DNA from: Tubulanus polymorphus
Taxonomy: Eukaryota > Animalia > Nemertea
Direction of reading: 5' to 3'
DNA: 64,000 nt
Assembly: GCF_964204645.1 (NCBI RefSeq)
Contig: NC_134034.1
Span: forward strand, 1,860,072 to 1,924,071
In this document: positions 11,352 through 41,228 of the stretch, piece after piece
How positions within the stretch are numbered: the stretch's first letter is position 1
How the letters are laid out: each line of letters begins with the position of its first letter
The notes under the pieces: generated by a model
Told to the model about the DNA's origin: nothing
What the model saw: only the letters and a program-made list of their open reading frames with translations
Database searches by the model: none
Translations under genes and position numbers: made by a program

Positions 11352-11880
11352 CTGATGACATCGAGAGAATCTACCACGTTCCTCCCTCGGCAGGGATACA
11401 AATCTGATGGCGTCGTGAGACTCTACAATGTTACTCCCTCGGCAGGGATACAAATCTGATGGCATCGTGAGAATCTACCATGTTATTCCCTCGGCAGGGA
11501 TACAAATCTGATGACATCGTGAGACTCTACAATGTTACTCCCTCGGCAGGGATACAAATCTGATGACATCGTGAGACTCTACAATGTTACTCCCTCGGCA
11601 GGGATACAAATCTGATGACGTCGTGAGACTCTACAATGTTACTCCCTCGGCAGGGATACAAATCTGATGACGTCGTGAGACTCTACAATGTTACTCCCTC
11701 GGCAGGGATACAAATCTGATGACATCGTGAGAATCTACCATGTTACTCCCTCGGCAGGGATACAAATCTGATGACATCGTGAGACTCTACAATGTTACTC
11801 CCTCGGCAGGGATACAAATCTGATGACATCGTGAGACTCTGTCGCGTTCTTCCCCAGGAGGGATTCGAACCTGATGGCAT
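11352..11880. repeat. 52-bp minisatellite, ~10 copies
   Basis: Unit TGATGACATCGTGAGACTCTACAATGTTACTCCCTCGGCAGGGATACAAATC. Confidence 0.95.
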
Positions 11881-12671
11881 CGTTGCTATGTGCTTATTTA
11901 TTCAAATATAGATCTAGGATGAAATACACAAAACATTGACTACAATACAATCTAAAGAACACGAAAGAAAGAACGTGGATCCAGTTTCACAGTTTGCGAG
12001 TTCGATATCAGTTCATTTCGATGTTCTAAACTCGTGGCTCAAATCTGATCCCGCAGCTGCGGAACTGGATCCAATCTAGTCAGATCGTGGGTATATTAAA
12101 ATAATACATCTAAAACAAATGAAATGCACAAAAAACAATAAAAGCAAAAAACACAACAATGAAATAAAAGCTACAGTAGAGATTGCTAGGCAATTGTCAG
12201 TCGATTATACAAAACTATATAAAACATGCACGGGTAAATGTTACAAAATAGCACGATATATTATATATTAATATCTATATTATTATATTAATATATATCC
12301 ATTATCCGGCAAAACAAGCACGCTTCGATATTTTGTCCCGAGTCCATCCTCGGCTACAGGGGCTCGCAGCTTCCGTGCGCAGTCGCACGGGAAGACAACG
12401 TTCTGGATGAAACTGGACCCTGGTAGGCGAGTATGGCGTACAAAGGGGACAAGAAAATTAGTATATAAAACTAGAGCCACTTAATAAAATACATGAGATA
12501 AAATAGCGGAATTGGTCATCAGCAGCTTTTAAACCTTAATACAGATACCATCGTTAGGACAATGAAAGCTATAGCGTCATAACGAATTTGGCAATGTCGT
12601 AAAGAATGGTATTTTCATTAAAATTTGACTTAGATTGAGCAAATTTGTTCTCTGAAAAATGTTGTTGTTAA

Positions 12672-12964
12672 CCCTTTCAGTGCTGACTAATCAATACCCT
12701 ATAGTGCTAGAGATAATTTGAAAATTTTCAAAAATTCCACCCTAGTGAGTTGAATAACAGGAATATCACTATAGTGCGTCTACACCATGACGCGGTGTAT
12801 CATTAGTTACTAGTATTTTACTATGTTTGACAGGTGCTGCCATCTTTCAATAGAGATAAAAACTAATTACTAATTACATCAATTTTATACACCGCATTGC
12901 GGTGTGCTAGCGAAATCTATCACTGATTTATACACCGCACTGCAGTGTAGACGCACTGAAAGGG
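12672..12964. mobile_element. piggyBac-like MITE
   Basis: TTAA|CCCTTTCAGTGC...GCACTGAAAGGG|TTAA; near-identical copy at 27781-28051, partial or inverted copies near 22040-22280, 28450-28660 and 36275-36395. Confidence 0.8.
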
Positions 12965-13137
12965 TTAACTGTAGTAACCAAACGAACACAATTCAAACTT
13001 CGCATGCGGAATTATCGAAATTTTTTAAACATTTTCAGGACTTTTCACGAATAATTCAAATTGATCGCAATATTTCCGCATTTCTTCAAAGGACGACATC
13101 AGTTTCTCACATCAATCCGAACCCGATCGACGTGTAA

Positions 13138-29977
<16,840 letters not shown>

Positions 29978-32229
29978 CACGCTTTTAGATACTGAAATTG
30001 AAGACACGAAAAAAAAAATGTTTCGATTCAAAGATAGAAAAACCAATCTTTTTACTTTCCAAGTTTAATGCTTTCCCCTCCAATTCCAAGTTTAGTTCAT
30101 GGGAGCAAATGCAGTCTAGGTGCCGCTCTCTTCTTGATTTGGAGTCAGGGATAGGAGACAGTAGAGTCGGAGCAGGCCAGAGAGGGGCGGAGTTGCAACA
30201 GACAGCAGCCCTTCTCTCCTCTATTAGTTTTAGTCTTCTCCTCTGACAGATGAGACAGCAGAGAGAGGAGCCAATTCGAGTTCAGGGACAGGGTTAAGAA
30301 AAGCGGAGCCTAAATATTTAGAAATCTGTGACTGATGTTGGTGATACATGAACAGTGGTTGACTGGATTTCGTTAAGTCATCAGATCAGTATCTCCTTCC
30401 TCAAAATCCGTGTTCCAAAAAAGGACTTTGAATCTACTTTTTTCATGTGGAACTTAGTTTATAACACGTCTCAGATTTCAGTCGATTTAGACTATTATTA
30501 AACGATGCACTTTATCATATCTACCTTCACTGAATGCTTACTGCAGAATCCTCCTCACGGGACCTTTTTAATTACGATGACCCGGCATATAACAATAAAA
30601 AATTATTTTTATTTCCTGCTCCGCCCGACCTTCACGGTTGAATAAAATTCCGAATTGAATTGATTACGACGATACGGATTACTGGACCGGACGTATTCAA
30701 TTCAATTTTACGTTATTGATAATTTTTTCTGACATGCGGTACGGGTGTGAAAATCAGAATTGTCCAATTGCGTCGGAGAATCGAAATTTTAAAAAAATAA
30801 AGTTTCAAAGATTTAATTATTTCTTCATTTTTATTTCGACGTTGCAGATACAAATGCTGGGTGATAATATAGAAAAAAACATAATCCCATTGGCTTTAGA
30901 AAACAAAAGCCCGCCAAGCAAAATCAAACTCCTTAAAGATAACAGACAAATCTATTACAGTATAAACTTTGCCTTACACACACGTATCCAACTCGGACAA
31001 AAACGAAATCCTCTTTCTGAATTCCTAATCCATTTTCCTATCCTTGACTTGGTGATAAAAAAAATGTGGACAAATTTTACCGGTTGCGCAAGTTTGTCTG
31101 AGTAAGGTGAGAGTTTAACTGTGAAAAAAAGTTTCAATTCAACACTTGGTATTACAGCCTGATTCAGATTGTCTTTAATAATCAAAATAATGAGATAATC
31201 CTTTTTCACCTATTTAAACGATCCTATATCATTGCAATATCATGGTCCAGACTAGTTAGTTACCTAATCGTTGGTGGTAAGCTTTTTATAATCGGATGGG
31301 CTTATGTGAAAATATCCGATCGTGAAACTAAACCACAGTTAGGTTACTGACTAGGTCCAGACTTGATACCGCAGGAGGGTCCAATTCAGGAAGGGGTACG
31401 AGCATTTCAAATTAGGGCGAAGGTCACCTTGAAAGAGAGCTTAACTCATTTTTGGAAAACAGAGAGCAAGCTTATAAAATTAAAGTGTTTTATCTACAAT
31501 ATTTTCATTTTTCCGTGGAATTGCAGGACTTGAATTTTCAGGGGGTGGGACACACTTTCCCCTTGGGACAGTCCACCTGCCTGCGCAGTAATCACGAATT
31601 TTGTGCAAAAAAAAGAACAGAGATCAACATAAAATACCTTAAGCCGAACGACTTGACTGAATTCACTAGGCGTCCACAACTAATTCTAATAATACATTAA
31701 ATATCACAGGTAATGGGTCAATCATCAATAACATTGACACAAAATCATTAAAAAACAAAATAAATAATTACACGGCTTGAGAAACTCTAACAGGACTGGC
31801 CTTCAGCTTATTCAATAATAAAAACCAACAAATTCTAAGCTGCTTTTTCTGGAAAATATACCCCGAATCACATCATTATTCAAATTGGGATCCAGTCTCA
31901 TGAAGAATCAACTGAAACCGCCTTCAACCGATGACAAATAATATGATTACAAATTTAATTGTCACGGACAATTCTTAATTCCACAAATCCCATCAAACCA
32001 ACATTGTCGTCATAGGTATAAAAGTGGTAATTTTTAATGAAGTCATTGGGGGATTTATCGAGACAACCAGTCCATCTTTCTGTAAAGGTGCCTATGTATG
32101 ATGTCATAGGGGGATTCATTGAGTCACCCATTTTTCTGAAAATCAGTACCATTTTTTGGTTTGTTTATGAGTCTACACACTAACGTACGATGTCATAGGG
32201 GGATCAACGAAGGCAGCCATGATAGAAGA

Positions 32230-35200
32230 TTACGAATGATGATGATGATGATGAGGATGAGATTCGCTAGGAACTTCATCGACGACCTTGACCTCGTCGC
32301 TGTTGTCTGCCTCCGATTCCGTCTGCTCCTGTTCCGATTGTTGTAATTTCCACATCGAATGATAGACGTCTTTACGCTCCAACAAATCTTCGTGTCTGAA
32401 TAGAGAAAATAAAAAACCCGATATTCGAAGTCGATTCTATTTCGACGTCGGTGCTGCCCCCTGGTGGCTGTAGGTCAAAATACCCCATCAAGAATCCCCC
32501 AGGAAAATTCGTGAAAAACTCACCCAGGAAAACTCCCCCCACAGAAGAATGTTCCAAATTTCCAATCAATTTTCAAAGGATTGTTTACATATCATCCTGT
32601 CAAGTGTAATTCACAGGGTTTCATCCCTTCATGGTCTCATGTTGAAAAGGGAAAAGATCAGCCAGTTTTGAAATTCTAACAATAGGCCTATGTTTCCTGT
32701 GTTTCCATGGCTAGGCACCATGATAGGGATAATTACCTGCAGGATTTCTACTTTGGGGGTTTGACATTCGTGGAATCTTTCTGAGAGATTTTTAGATTGG
32801 TTATCAAAATCTACCGATGGCGGTAATAAATACTAACCGGCCGCGTTCGACGATGGCGCCCTCTTTCAGTACGAGTATCTGATTGGCGTGCACGATCGTC
32901 GACAGTCGATGAGCGACGATGATCGTCGTGCGGTTCTCGCAGATTTTCGCCAGCGACGCCTGAATGTTACGTTCGGTCTGCGTGTCGAGAGCAGACGTCG
33001 CCTCGTCGAGTAGAATGATCGCCGGCGATTTCAGGATCGTCCGCGCGATCGCCACGCGCTGTTTCTCGCCGCCGCTCAATTTCAACCCTCTCTCTCCGAC
33101 CACCGTGTCGTATCCTGCGTTAGAGAGAGAAAATAACAAATAACAGATAACGCCCCCTATTAGCGATACAAACAACTTATACTACGGAAATGTTTACAGG
33201 GCTGCCAACCTTTTTGAAAAGTGCGATCGGTAACAATTGAATTTTTTTCAGTAACATTTCATTGAAACATGAGGAAAGTAACAAATACTGAAAATCAGGA
33301 GCATTTGGCAGCTCTGAACTTAAGACCAGTCTAAGATCATCTTAATTCTGGGATCATTCATTTATTACCTACGCATTAGGGGAGGGGTCAGTGTAATTGC
33401 GTACTGTAATGCTTACTGAATATGAAAAAATGGCCGATTTTGCGTACAGAGGGGGGTTGAAAAAGTCAAATTTCATGCGTACGTAATAAATGAATGATCC
33501 CTCTATAACTAATCTAACAACTTAAGACCAGTTTAAGCTGATTTTGGTTCCGTAACCAATCTAACATTTTACATTGTGGCCCCTACAGCCTATCTGAATG
33601 GACTGTCAAGCCGCCTGTGATGAGTGATAAAAGGGACCTCTGCAGTTGATAAGAAGAACTAACAACAAATTCTCTGCTCCAAGATGAACTTATAACCATT
33701 ACTACGCCCTCCGCAGTTGACAATATGAACTAATTAAAAACTTACTATCGGGGAATGCTAATATTTTCTGATGAATATCCGCGGCCTCGGCCGAACTCTC
33801 GACCTCGTCGTCGCCGGCGCCGACGCGTCCATAGCGTATGTTATAACGGATATTATCATTGAACAGTACGGTATCCTGCGGCACGACGCCGATACTCTGT
33901 CTCAACGAGTGTTGCGTAACCTAGCAGATAAAACAAAACTAACAGTACGAATTTATATCGGGGAGTATCCTCGCTTGCCAGGGTTCGATCGCCCCCCCCC
34001 CCCGCGAAAGCTCACAAATATCAACGGGCATTGTTACGCGTAACTAACCTTCGATATATTTTGCCCGTCGAATAAAATGGCGCCCGATTTTATATCGTAG
34101 AATCTGAACAGCAGACGGATGATGGTCGATTTGCCGGCGCCGGACGGACCGACGAGAGCGTACGTCTGCCCGGGCGGAACCGTGAACGATATATCCTTCA
34201 ATATCGGTTTACTGTAAAAAATTACACAACCATCGTGATTAAAACATCGACCCGATTTTGGGTAACAACCCGATTTTACTTTGACCCTCACTACAGGGTG
34301 TCTTCTCATTAAATCATATTCTGTTAAAATCCAATGTAATAGTGCGTATTATTCGGAAATTAACTTAGAAATCAATGTTGACCCAATATTGGGCAACAAT
34401 CCGATTTTACTTCGACCCTCACCTCGGGTTGTAATGGAAGTTGACGTTTTTGAATTGGATTTGACCTTCGGTTATGGTTAGAGGTCGCGCGTCATCATCG
34501 TCGACTATTTCCTGTTTCTCTTTCATCAAATCGAACATGTTCTCCATATCGATAAACGATTGTTGTAAAACTCTGCAAAAAAAAACCGAAAAATTTCATA
34601 ATGTCTTCATATCGGCCATCTTGAATTGATAAAGAGTTACTGCAGGCATCACCAGATGGCGTGACTAACAGTCAGTATATGACGGTGAAAAATTACAAAT
34701 GTGAATGAATCACATTTAAACTAGCAACACCTGGTGGATCCTCACTTGCTATAGGAGGAATCTCTATTGCCGCAGTAGTTGATGTCCTACTGCACACCAA
34801 TGACACCTGGTGGATCCTCACTTGCAATAGGAGGAATCTCTATTGCTGCAGTAGTTGATGTCCTACTGCACACTAACGACACCTGGCGATCCACACTTGC
34901 CACAAGATAAATAATCTTCTATTGCCGCATTAGTTCATTCTTCACACTAGTGACACCTGGTGGATTATCTAGCACACTCTATTTTCACAGTTACGTAGCT
35001 AGGCGACAACCCGATTAATTATACAACAATTCTTACCGATAGAATGTTCCGAAGAAGTTAAGCGGTCCGTAAAGCTGCACGACGTACGTAGCGAACAACA
35101 CGAAATCTCCAACAGTAAAACGATCGCCGTCGACGATATACGACGCCATTAACAACGAACCGGCTAAAAATCCACACGTTATAATCACATTCTGTAGAGT

Positions 35201-38200
35201 ATTTAACAGATTCAACGATGCGGTCGTGATCCATTCAGCTTCCTAGAGAAGAAGAAATCGTTTTTAGAATATTTTTGAAATCGAAATCAGGCCTCGGTGT
35301 CAGGCCTATCTCCTGTGTACGAGACTTCGGACTGGACCTCCAGTCAATGAGACCACACTCCAGATCTTACCCATCCTCTGACTCCATCCACTCTATGAGA
35401 CTTGACCTCCAGTCTTTGAGACCTCCTATCTATGAGACTGGTACTTCATTGTGATACCAGTCCTACAATTTGTAAGACCAGACCTCCAGTCTATGTGACT
35501 GACCCTCAAGTCTATGAGGCTGACCCTCCAGTCTATGAGGCTGACCCTCAAGTCTATGAGGCTGACCCTCCAGTCTATGAGGCTGACCCTCCAGTCTATG
35601 AGGCTGACCCTCCAGTCTATGAGGCTGACCCTCCAGTCTATGAGGCTGACCCTCCAGTCTATGTGACTGACCCTCAAGTCTATGAGACCATACTTCAGCC
35701 TATGAGACCAGACTCCAATGTATGACGCTGGACCTCCCATCTTTAAGACCAGACCTCAAGTCTATGAGACCGGCTCACGAGACTCACCTGATATTTAGCG
35801 ATTGATTCCGCGTAACGATTCACTTCAAACTTTTCGGCCCCGTAATATTTCACGGTTTCGAAGTTGATCAATGAATCGACACCGCGAGCGTTCCGTTCGT
35901 TGTCCAATTTATTCATCGTACGACGGTACTTTGTCCTCCACTCGGTCACCGCGATCGTTGCCACTGGAAACCGATGCAACAATCGAAAACCGTTAAGCAA
36001 TCAGAGATCCAACAACAAAATCGGACAAGAAAATATCAATCTTTCTAACCGTATGGGTCTAAAATCAGGGTACTGTGTATACCTCAGACAAACTAGACCG
36101 ATTAATTTTTCTCTGAGATTTTAGAGCAATAAGATGAATGGTTATCACGAGTAAGAAAATTTGTTATGTATCTTAAGGTGGGGGCACCCTGTCAGGGGTA
36201 AGTGTAGTTAGTTACCTAAACGTTGGTGGTAAGCTTTTATAATCGTATGGGCTTATGTGGGCGTTAATATTTCACCATGTTTGACAGGTGATGCCATCTT
36301 ATATTAGTGATAAGAACTAATTACCGGGTACTAATAACATCAATTCACAGTGATATCACCGATTTATACACCGCACTTGTAGACGCACTGAAAGGCTTCG
36401 ATGAATTAGAATTGAAAGATTTACAACTTACGAAGATAGAGGAACATCGTGAGGAATACAATCAGACCGAACCAGCCGTTGAACGTCGTTATGAAATACA
36501 CGATAGCGATTATGATATCTACGATCGTCGGGCCGATATTAAACACCATCGTACTGAAAATAATACAGAGAAATACAGAAAAACTACCCTCAACGAAACA
36601 CGCTCCTAAATCGCTCCTTTGTGGAGCAGGGGCAGATCCAGGGGCTGGTTGCGTAGTCATGGCTTAGACTTGAGACCAGTCTAAGACCAACATAGTTCTA
36701 TAGCCAATCTAACAACTGAAGACCAGTCTTTAGTTTTGAGACCACTTTTGAACTTAAGTCACGACTGTGCAACTGGCCCCAGGGGACTTTTGAGACTTGA
36801 ACGAGCCCATCAAATATGTTTTGAGCGCCCCGTTTAATTTTGTTAACAAACAAAAAAAAAAAATTGGCGCATTTCAGAGCGGATGTACGCTTAACCTCTT
36901 CACTACCGCAGATAATGTAACCTATCTCACCAGGATTCGAACCCAATGGCATCAATCAATTCAAATAAAATCGGTATTAGAGGCTGTTAGCATTACTAAT
37001 CCTCCACCTATGAGTAAAAATTGGAACTAAGTTGAGGCAGACAAGTCTATAGTACGGCTACACACCAGCAGTGCAATGGCTCACCACACCAGCAATTGTA
37101 GTAAATGGCGACGTAAATATACGTCGCGCATGGTGAGAGAAGAGGTTAATATTCAATACGAAAAGATAGGCCTATTAGCAGACGACCGCCCTAATTCTAC
37201 CCTCGATGAAGACTTACTTGAGAACTTGATTGATGCTGCTCGTGCCGCGGTCCATAACACGCAAAACTTCACCGGTTTTCCGGCTCAGATGCCAACTCAA
37301 CGACAATCTAAACGCACGAAAAAACATTCCACGCGTTGAAACAATCGAAGCATTTGATCGTAAAATAATAAAAATTGCTTAGGGTATAAACACGCGTCGA
37401 ACCCTACCCGTGTAGATGGTCGAATAACTTCGTTTCGATCCCCTTCGTCGTGTATTGTTGAACGCGTATCCATAGAAACGTGCGCAGATTATTCAACAGA
37501 CCCATCGAACCTGAAACAGATCGCGGCGATATCTTGAAATTTCAAACGTCGATTATTTCTATCAAAGAATTTAGAATTTGAGCATTTTCTAAATTGGGCC
37601 ATTTAAAATTTTTCAATATCAAGATTTGAAAATTTCCTATTTTGAAATTTCAAAGCGATTGGACTTACCAAATCCTCCACCTTGTAGGAACCTCAACGCG
37701 ACGTAGATGAGAACTAGATCCCAGCGGAACAGTAATGTCTGCTTCGGTTTAGGCGTCAAACTATCAACTGTGAAATCAATCAAATTCATCGATCAATCAA
37801 TCAAAAGAAACTCATGAATCAAATCACTCAAACTCAGAAATCAAACTCATAATTAAAATCACTCGAACTTATAAATCAAATTGATCGCACAAAAAGGCCT
37901 AAATGAATCAAATTTCTAGGAAATTGAATCGAGAAATTGAATCTTGCCGATTTGTTTGTAGTAGATGGGTACGAGTAGATTGACGCCGCGTCCGGCTATC
38001 AGAACTATCAAACAGAATATCACTCGAAGCTGAAGTAAAATGCTTCCCTTCGGCCAAATGAAAGGAAATATCATTTTGAATTTCGAGATTATTCCCGCCC
38101 ATGTTGACTGCCTTTGCTGTTCCTCGGCTTCGTTCAACAAAGCCTGAAATAAACAAACGAATCAAACAGAATTCAATGAGTTCTGTAACTGATGTCTGCC

Positions 38201-40834
38201 TCCATAAATCCCCCTATGACATCATCAAATTGTCTACAAGTGATTTGCTTTATGGATACTTCTAGAAAAGATGTCTGCCTCCATAAATCCCCCTATGACA
38301 AGTGATTTGATCTATAGAGACTTCTAAAGAAGATGGCGGCCTGCATAGATCTCCCTAACACATCATCAAATTCTCGCAAAGCGATTCGATCTAGAGATAC
38401 TTCCAGAATAAATTGATGCCACCATCAATCCCCCTATGACATCATTCGATGCTATCAGTTAGATGGATCAATTCACTTGTCGCTTTTGATGATGTCATCA
38501 TACACAAGGGGCTTGTATTAGAAGTTTGGGGTGAATGGTAGTCAGTAACCTGACTGTGGTTTAGTTTCACGATCGGATATTTTCACGGAATAGTAGCTTA
38601 GATCATCCAATATCCCTGTGATGTCATGGGGGGATTTATAAAGGTAGCCATCTTCTCTGAAAGGGTCTATCAATCAATTTGATGATGTCATAGGGCGATT
38701 TATGGAGGCATATCTTTCCTAAAAGTGTTTATCGATCAAATCACTGGGCAACTCAATGATGTCACCGGGAGATTTATGGAGGCAGACATCTTTTCTAGAA
38801 GTTTCACATGATGATGTCATAGGGGGATTTATGAAGGCAACCATCTTTTCTAGAAGCATCTATCCGATCAAATTACTGGTAATCAATTTGATGATGTCAT
38901 AGGGGGATATATGGAGACAGACATCTTTTTTAGAAGTGTCACATGATGATGTCATAGGGGGATTTATGAAGGCAGCCATCTTTTCTAGAAGCGTCTATAT
39001 CAGATCAAATTACTGGTAATCAATTTGATGATGTCATAGGGGGATTTATGGAGACAGACATCTTTTTTAGAAGTGTCATTTGATGATGTCATAGGGGGAT
39101 TTATGAAGGCAGCCATCTTTTCTAGAAGCGTCTATCAGATCAAATTACTGGTAATCAATTTGATGATGTCATAGGGGGATTTATGGAGGTAGTTATCTAA
39201 ATTGATGGTTCATAGGATTGAAGACAGCGACCTATTATTAGCTTTATTTACCTCTGCTTGTTCCTCATCAGCATTTATAAGCAATCTGAGTTGATGTAAA
39301 GGTAAAGCAGGAGCCTTTATTCCTAACACAAACAAACTGAAAGTGCTGATATAACGCACCAGCCACAACCCGAATTCAATCCTGTGAGATGATCTGAAAT
39401 CGAGAATGAGAAAAAATTTGAATTTACACGTTAAGCTAAGCATACATCGACAAAGCGACCGGAGACAACTAGTTGCTAGTGAGCGAGTACCCCGATCAGA
39501 TCGAAAATTTAATGAAAACCAGCAACTGCGTGGCTCATGCCGGTCGCTAGGTCCGTAGCGCACACATCGACAGCAACTGAGATGTGTTTTAGCAAATATT
39601 CTTGAGGGCATCACAAGTCACGTGACAAATAGCTTTGTTTTAGTAAGTTACAACTATGTGTTGTTGATTATGGAGCGCTCACATCGACGGATATGAGAGC
39701 AACTGAGTACAACTAGTTGCTCAAAAGTAGAACATGAGCAACTGGGTAGAACTGGAGATAGATGGACGCTAACCAATCGTAAGCTCGCTCACATCGACAA
39801 ATTCGAGCAACTGATTGTATCCAGCCAGTTGCTCTCATGCGCCGAAAACTGCCCGGCAACTAGTTGTCTCCAGTTACTTCGCCGATGTACGCTAGGCTTT
39901 AGATTTTATCACAGTCGCTCAGAAGTTGATTTAAGATAACCGGCGGATGAATTACATAGTATTCACAATGGACTCTTAATTGTCACTATGTCAACTATCC
40001 ACTTATTGTTTCTAACCAACTTTTGACCAACTGGACCCCGGCCAGTAACTATTCAGTAACCTGTCTGTGGTTCAGTTTCATGATCGTATATTTTCACAAA
40101 CCACAAGCCCATCCGATTTTAAAAAGCTTACCACCAATGATTAGGTAACTAACTATAACCAGTAACGAGACTGTTTTTAGTCAGTAACTGGACTACGGAA
40201 CTGCAGTTTAGTCAGTGAATGCCTTGATCTAAAGAGCGGCCATATAGAACAATGTTTCCAACAAAATCGGTCAAAATCTCACATAATCCAATATCTCCAT
40301 TTTGATGCGGAATAGGCAGAGCTGAACTTACCCTTTAATATCCCACCACCAGAGGTCGCTGTTCCAGCTGACGAATGCCACATTCTCCGATAAGAACGCC
40401 GCGCCCCAGAAGACGAGTAAAACGAGCCCGTGCCCGCGGGTCGGTATCGTCGGCAACAACCAGCGCCGCTCTTTAAAAACCAAACAAATCGACACGGTCC
40501 AAGCGGCCGTGCGTAAACAAGCGCGCGCGATCTCGAACCCGTAAACAGTTCCGGCGTGGAGTTCAGAGACGTCCATAATCACCCGCACGACGCTCTCGAC
40601 GGCCATCACACCGGCCAGCGCCATCTGCAGGACGAACCATGCGTTCACGCGTAATAAACGTTCGTCGACGCGGTTGCCGTACTTCCGATAGAACCCGAGT
40701 TCGGCGACTCCACACGCGACCACGAACACGAACAGCACGCCCGCCGATATCGTTTCAATAAAACACGGAGCGAATCCTTCGCGCAGCCACGGAGTGGTCA
40801 AATTCGCATCCGTCGGACAGTACAACTTCAACAT
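32230..40834 (-). CDS. ABCB6: ABCB6/HMT-1 half transporter (heavy-metal tolerance / porphyrin family), ~855 aa, 14 coding exons
   Basis: Exons 40834-40332, 39393-39252, 38143-37948 (GC donor), 37767-37669, 37510-37408, 37307-37218, 36553-36432, 35963-35788, 35242-35037, 34572-34423, 34211-34049, 33920-33746, 33114-32838, 32395-32230. TMD0 start YCP...W...[73 protein letters not shown]. Confidence 0.93.
33350..33501. mobile_element. PIF/Harbinger (Tourist)-like MITE nested in a TTAAGACC MITE
   Basis: GGGATCATTCATTTATTAC...GTAATAAATGAATGATCCC with 3-bp TCT duplication; second copy at 42973-43138 with TTA flanks. Confidence 0.7.
34720..34970. repeat. ~77-bp intronic tandem repeat (CACCTGGTGGATCCTCACTTGC...)
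   Basis: 3-4 degenerate copies; related core at about 48225. Confidence 0.7.
35330..35780. repeat. 21-bp minisatellite (CTGACCCTCCAGTCTATGAGG)
   Basis: Produces spurious VYEADPP/LIDWRVS ORFs inside an ABCB6 intron. Confidence 0.9.
38190..39200. repeat. Clustered dispersed repeat GATGATGTCATAGGGGGATTTATGGAGGCAG
   Basis: Copies in both orientations here, and in clusters near 13520, 15940-16230, 18525-18680, 19480-19760, 20275-20640, 32090-32220 and 56920-57350. Confidence 0.85.
39434..39898. mobile_element. Harbinger-like non-autonomous DNA element
   Basis: Imperfect TIRs AGCTAAGCATACATCG...GGAGACAACTAGTTGC / GCAACTAGTTGTCTCC...CGATGTACGCTAGGCT with TTA on both sides. Confidence 0.65.
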
Positions 40835-41228
40835 TTTTCTAAACAAAAAAGGGGCGAGACCAATTTAGTTCCAAGAAACCAGCAAATATCTGACAACGTT
40901 TTCTGGCCTGATTTTAAGATCAAAGTACAATTACAACAGATAAGCTTCTCGGGGCATTAATTGGGTCGCAGATTTTTATTTTTTTACGTAAAGATCAACG
41001 ACCTTCAGTCTGTCGGTGAGTCGGCAAATCTATATTGAATTTGAATAAAGTCTGCTTTGAATTTGAATAAAGCGAATTGGATTTATTACGGTACGGAATT
41101 CGGACCGGACTGAAATAGCGGTCGTTCGGTTGAATCAATCATCAGTCGTTCGCTCAGTTGATCCTGGTAGTAGGCGTCGTCGGTTTCTGTCTGGTGTGTC
41201 ACTTCACAACGAGTTCTAAAAGTCCACG

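Noticed and set aside
11352-11880. CTGATGA in the 52-bp repeat as a hammerhead core
   Set aside because: No GAAA after a stem II and no stem I complement, unlike the 69-nt arrays.
35426-35740. VYEADPP / LIDWRVS repeat ORFs
   Set aside because: 21-bp minisatellite inside an ABCB6 intron.
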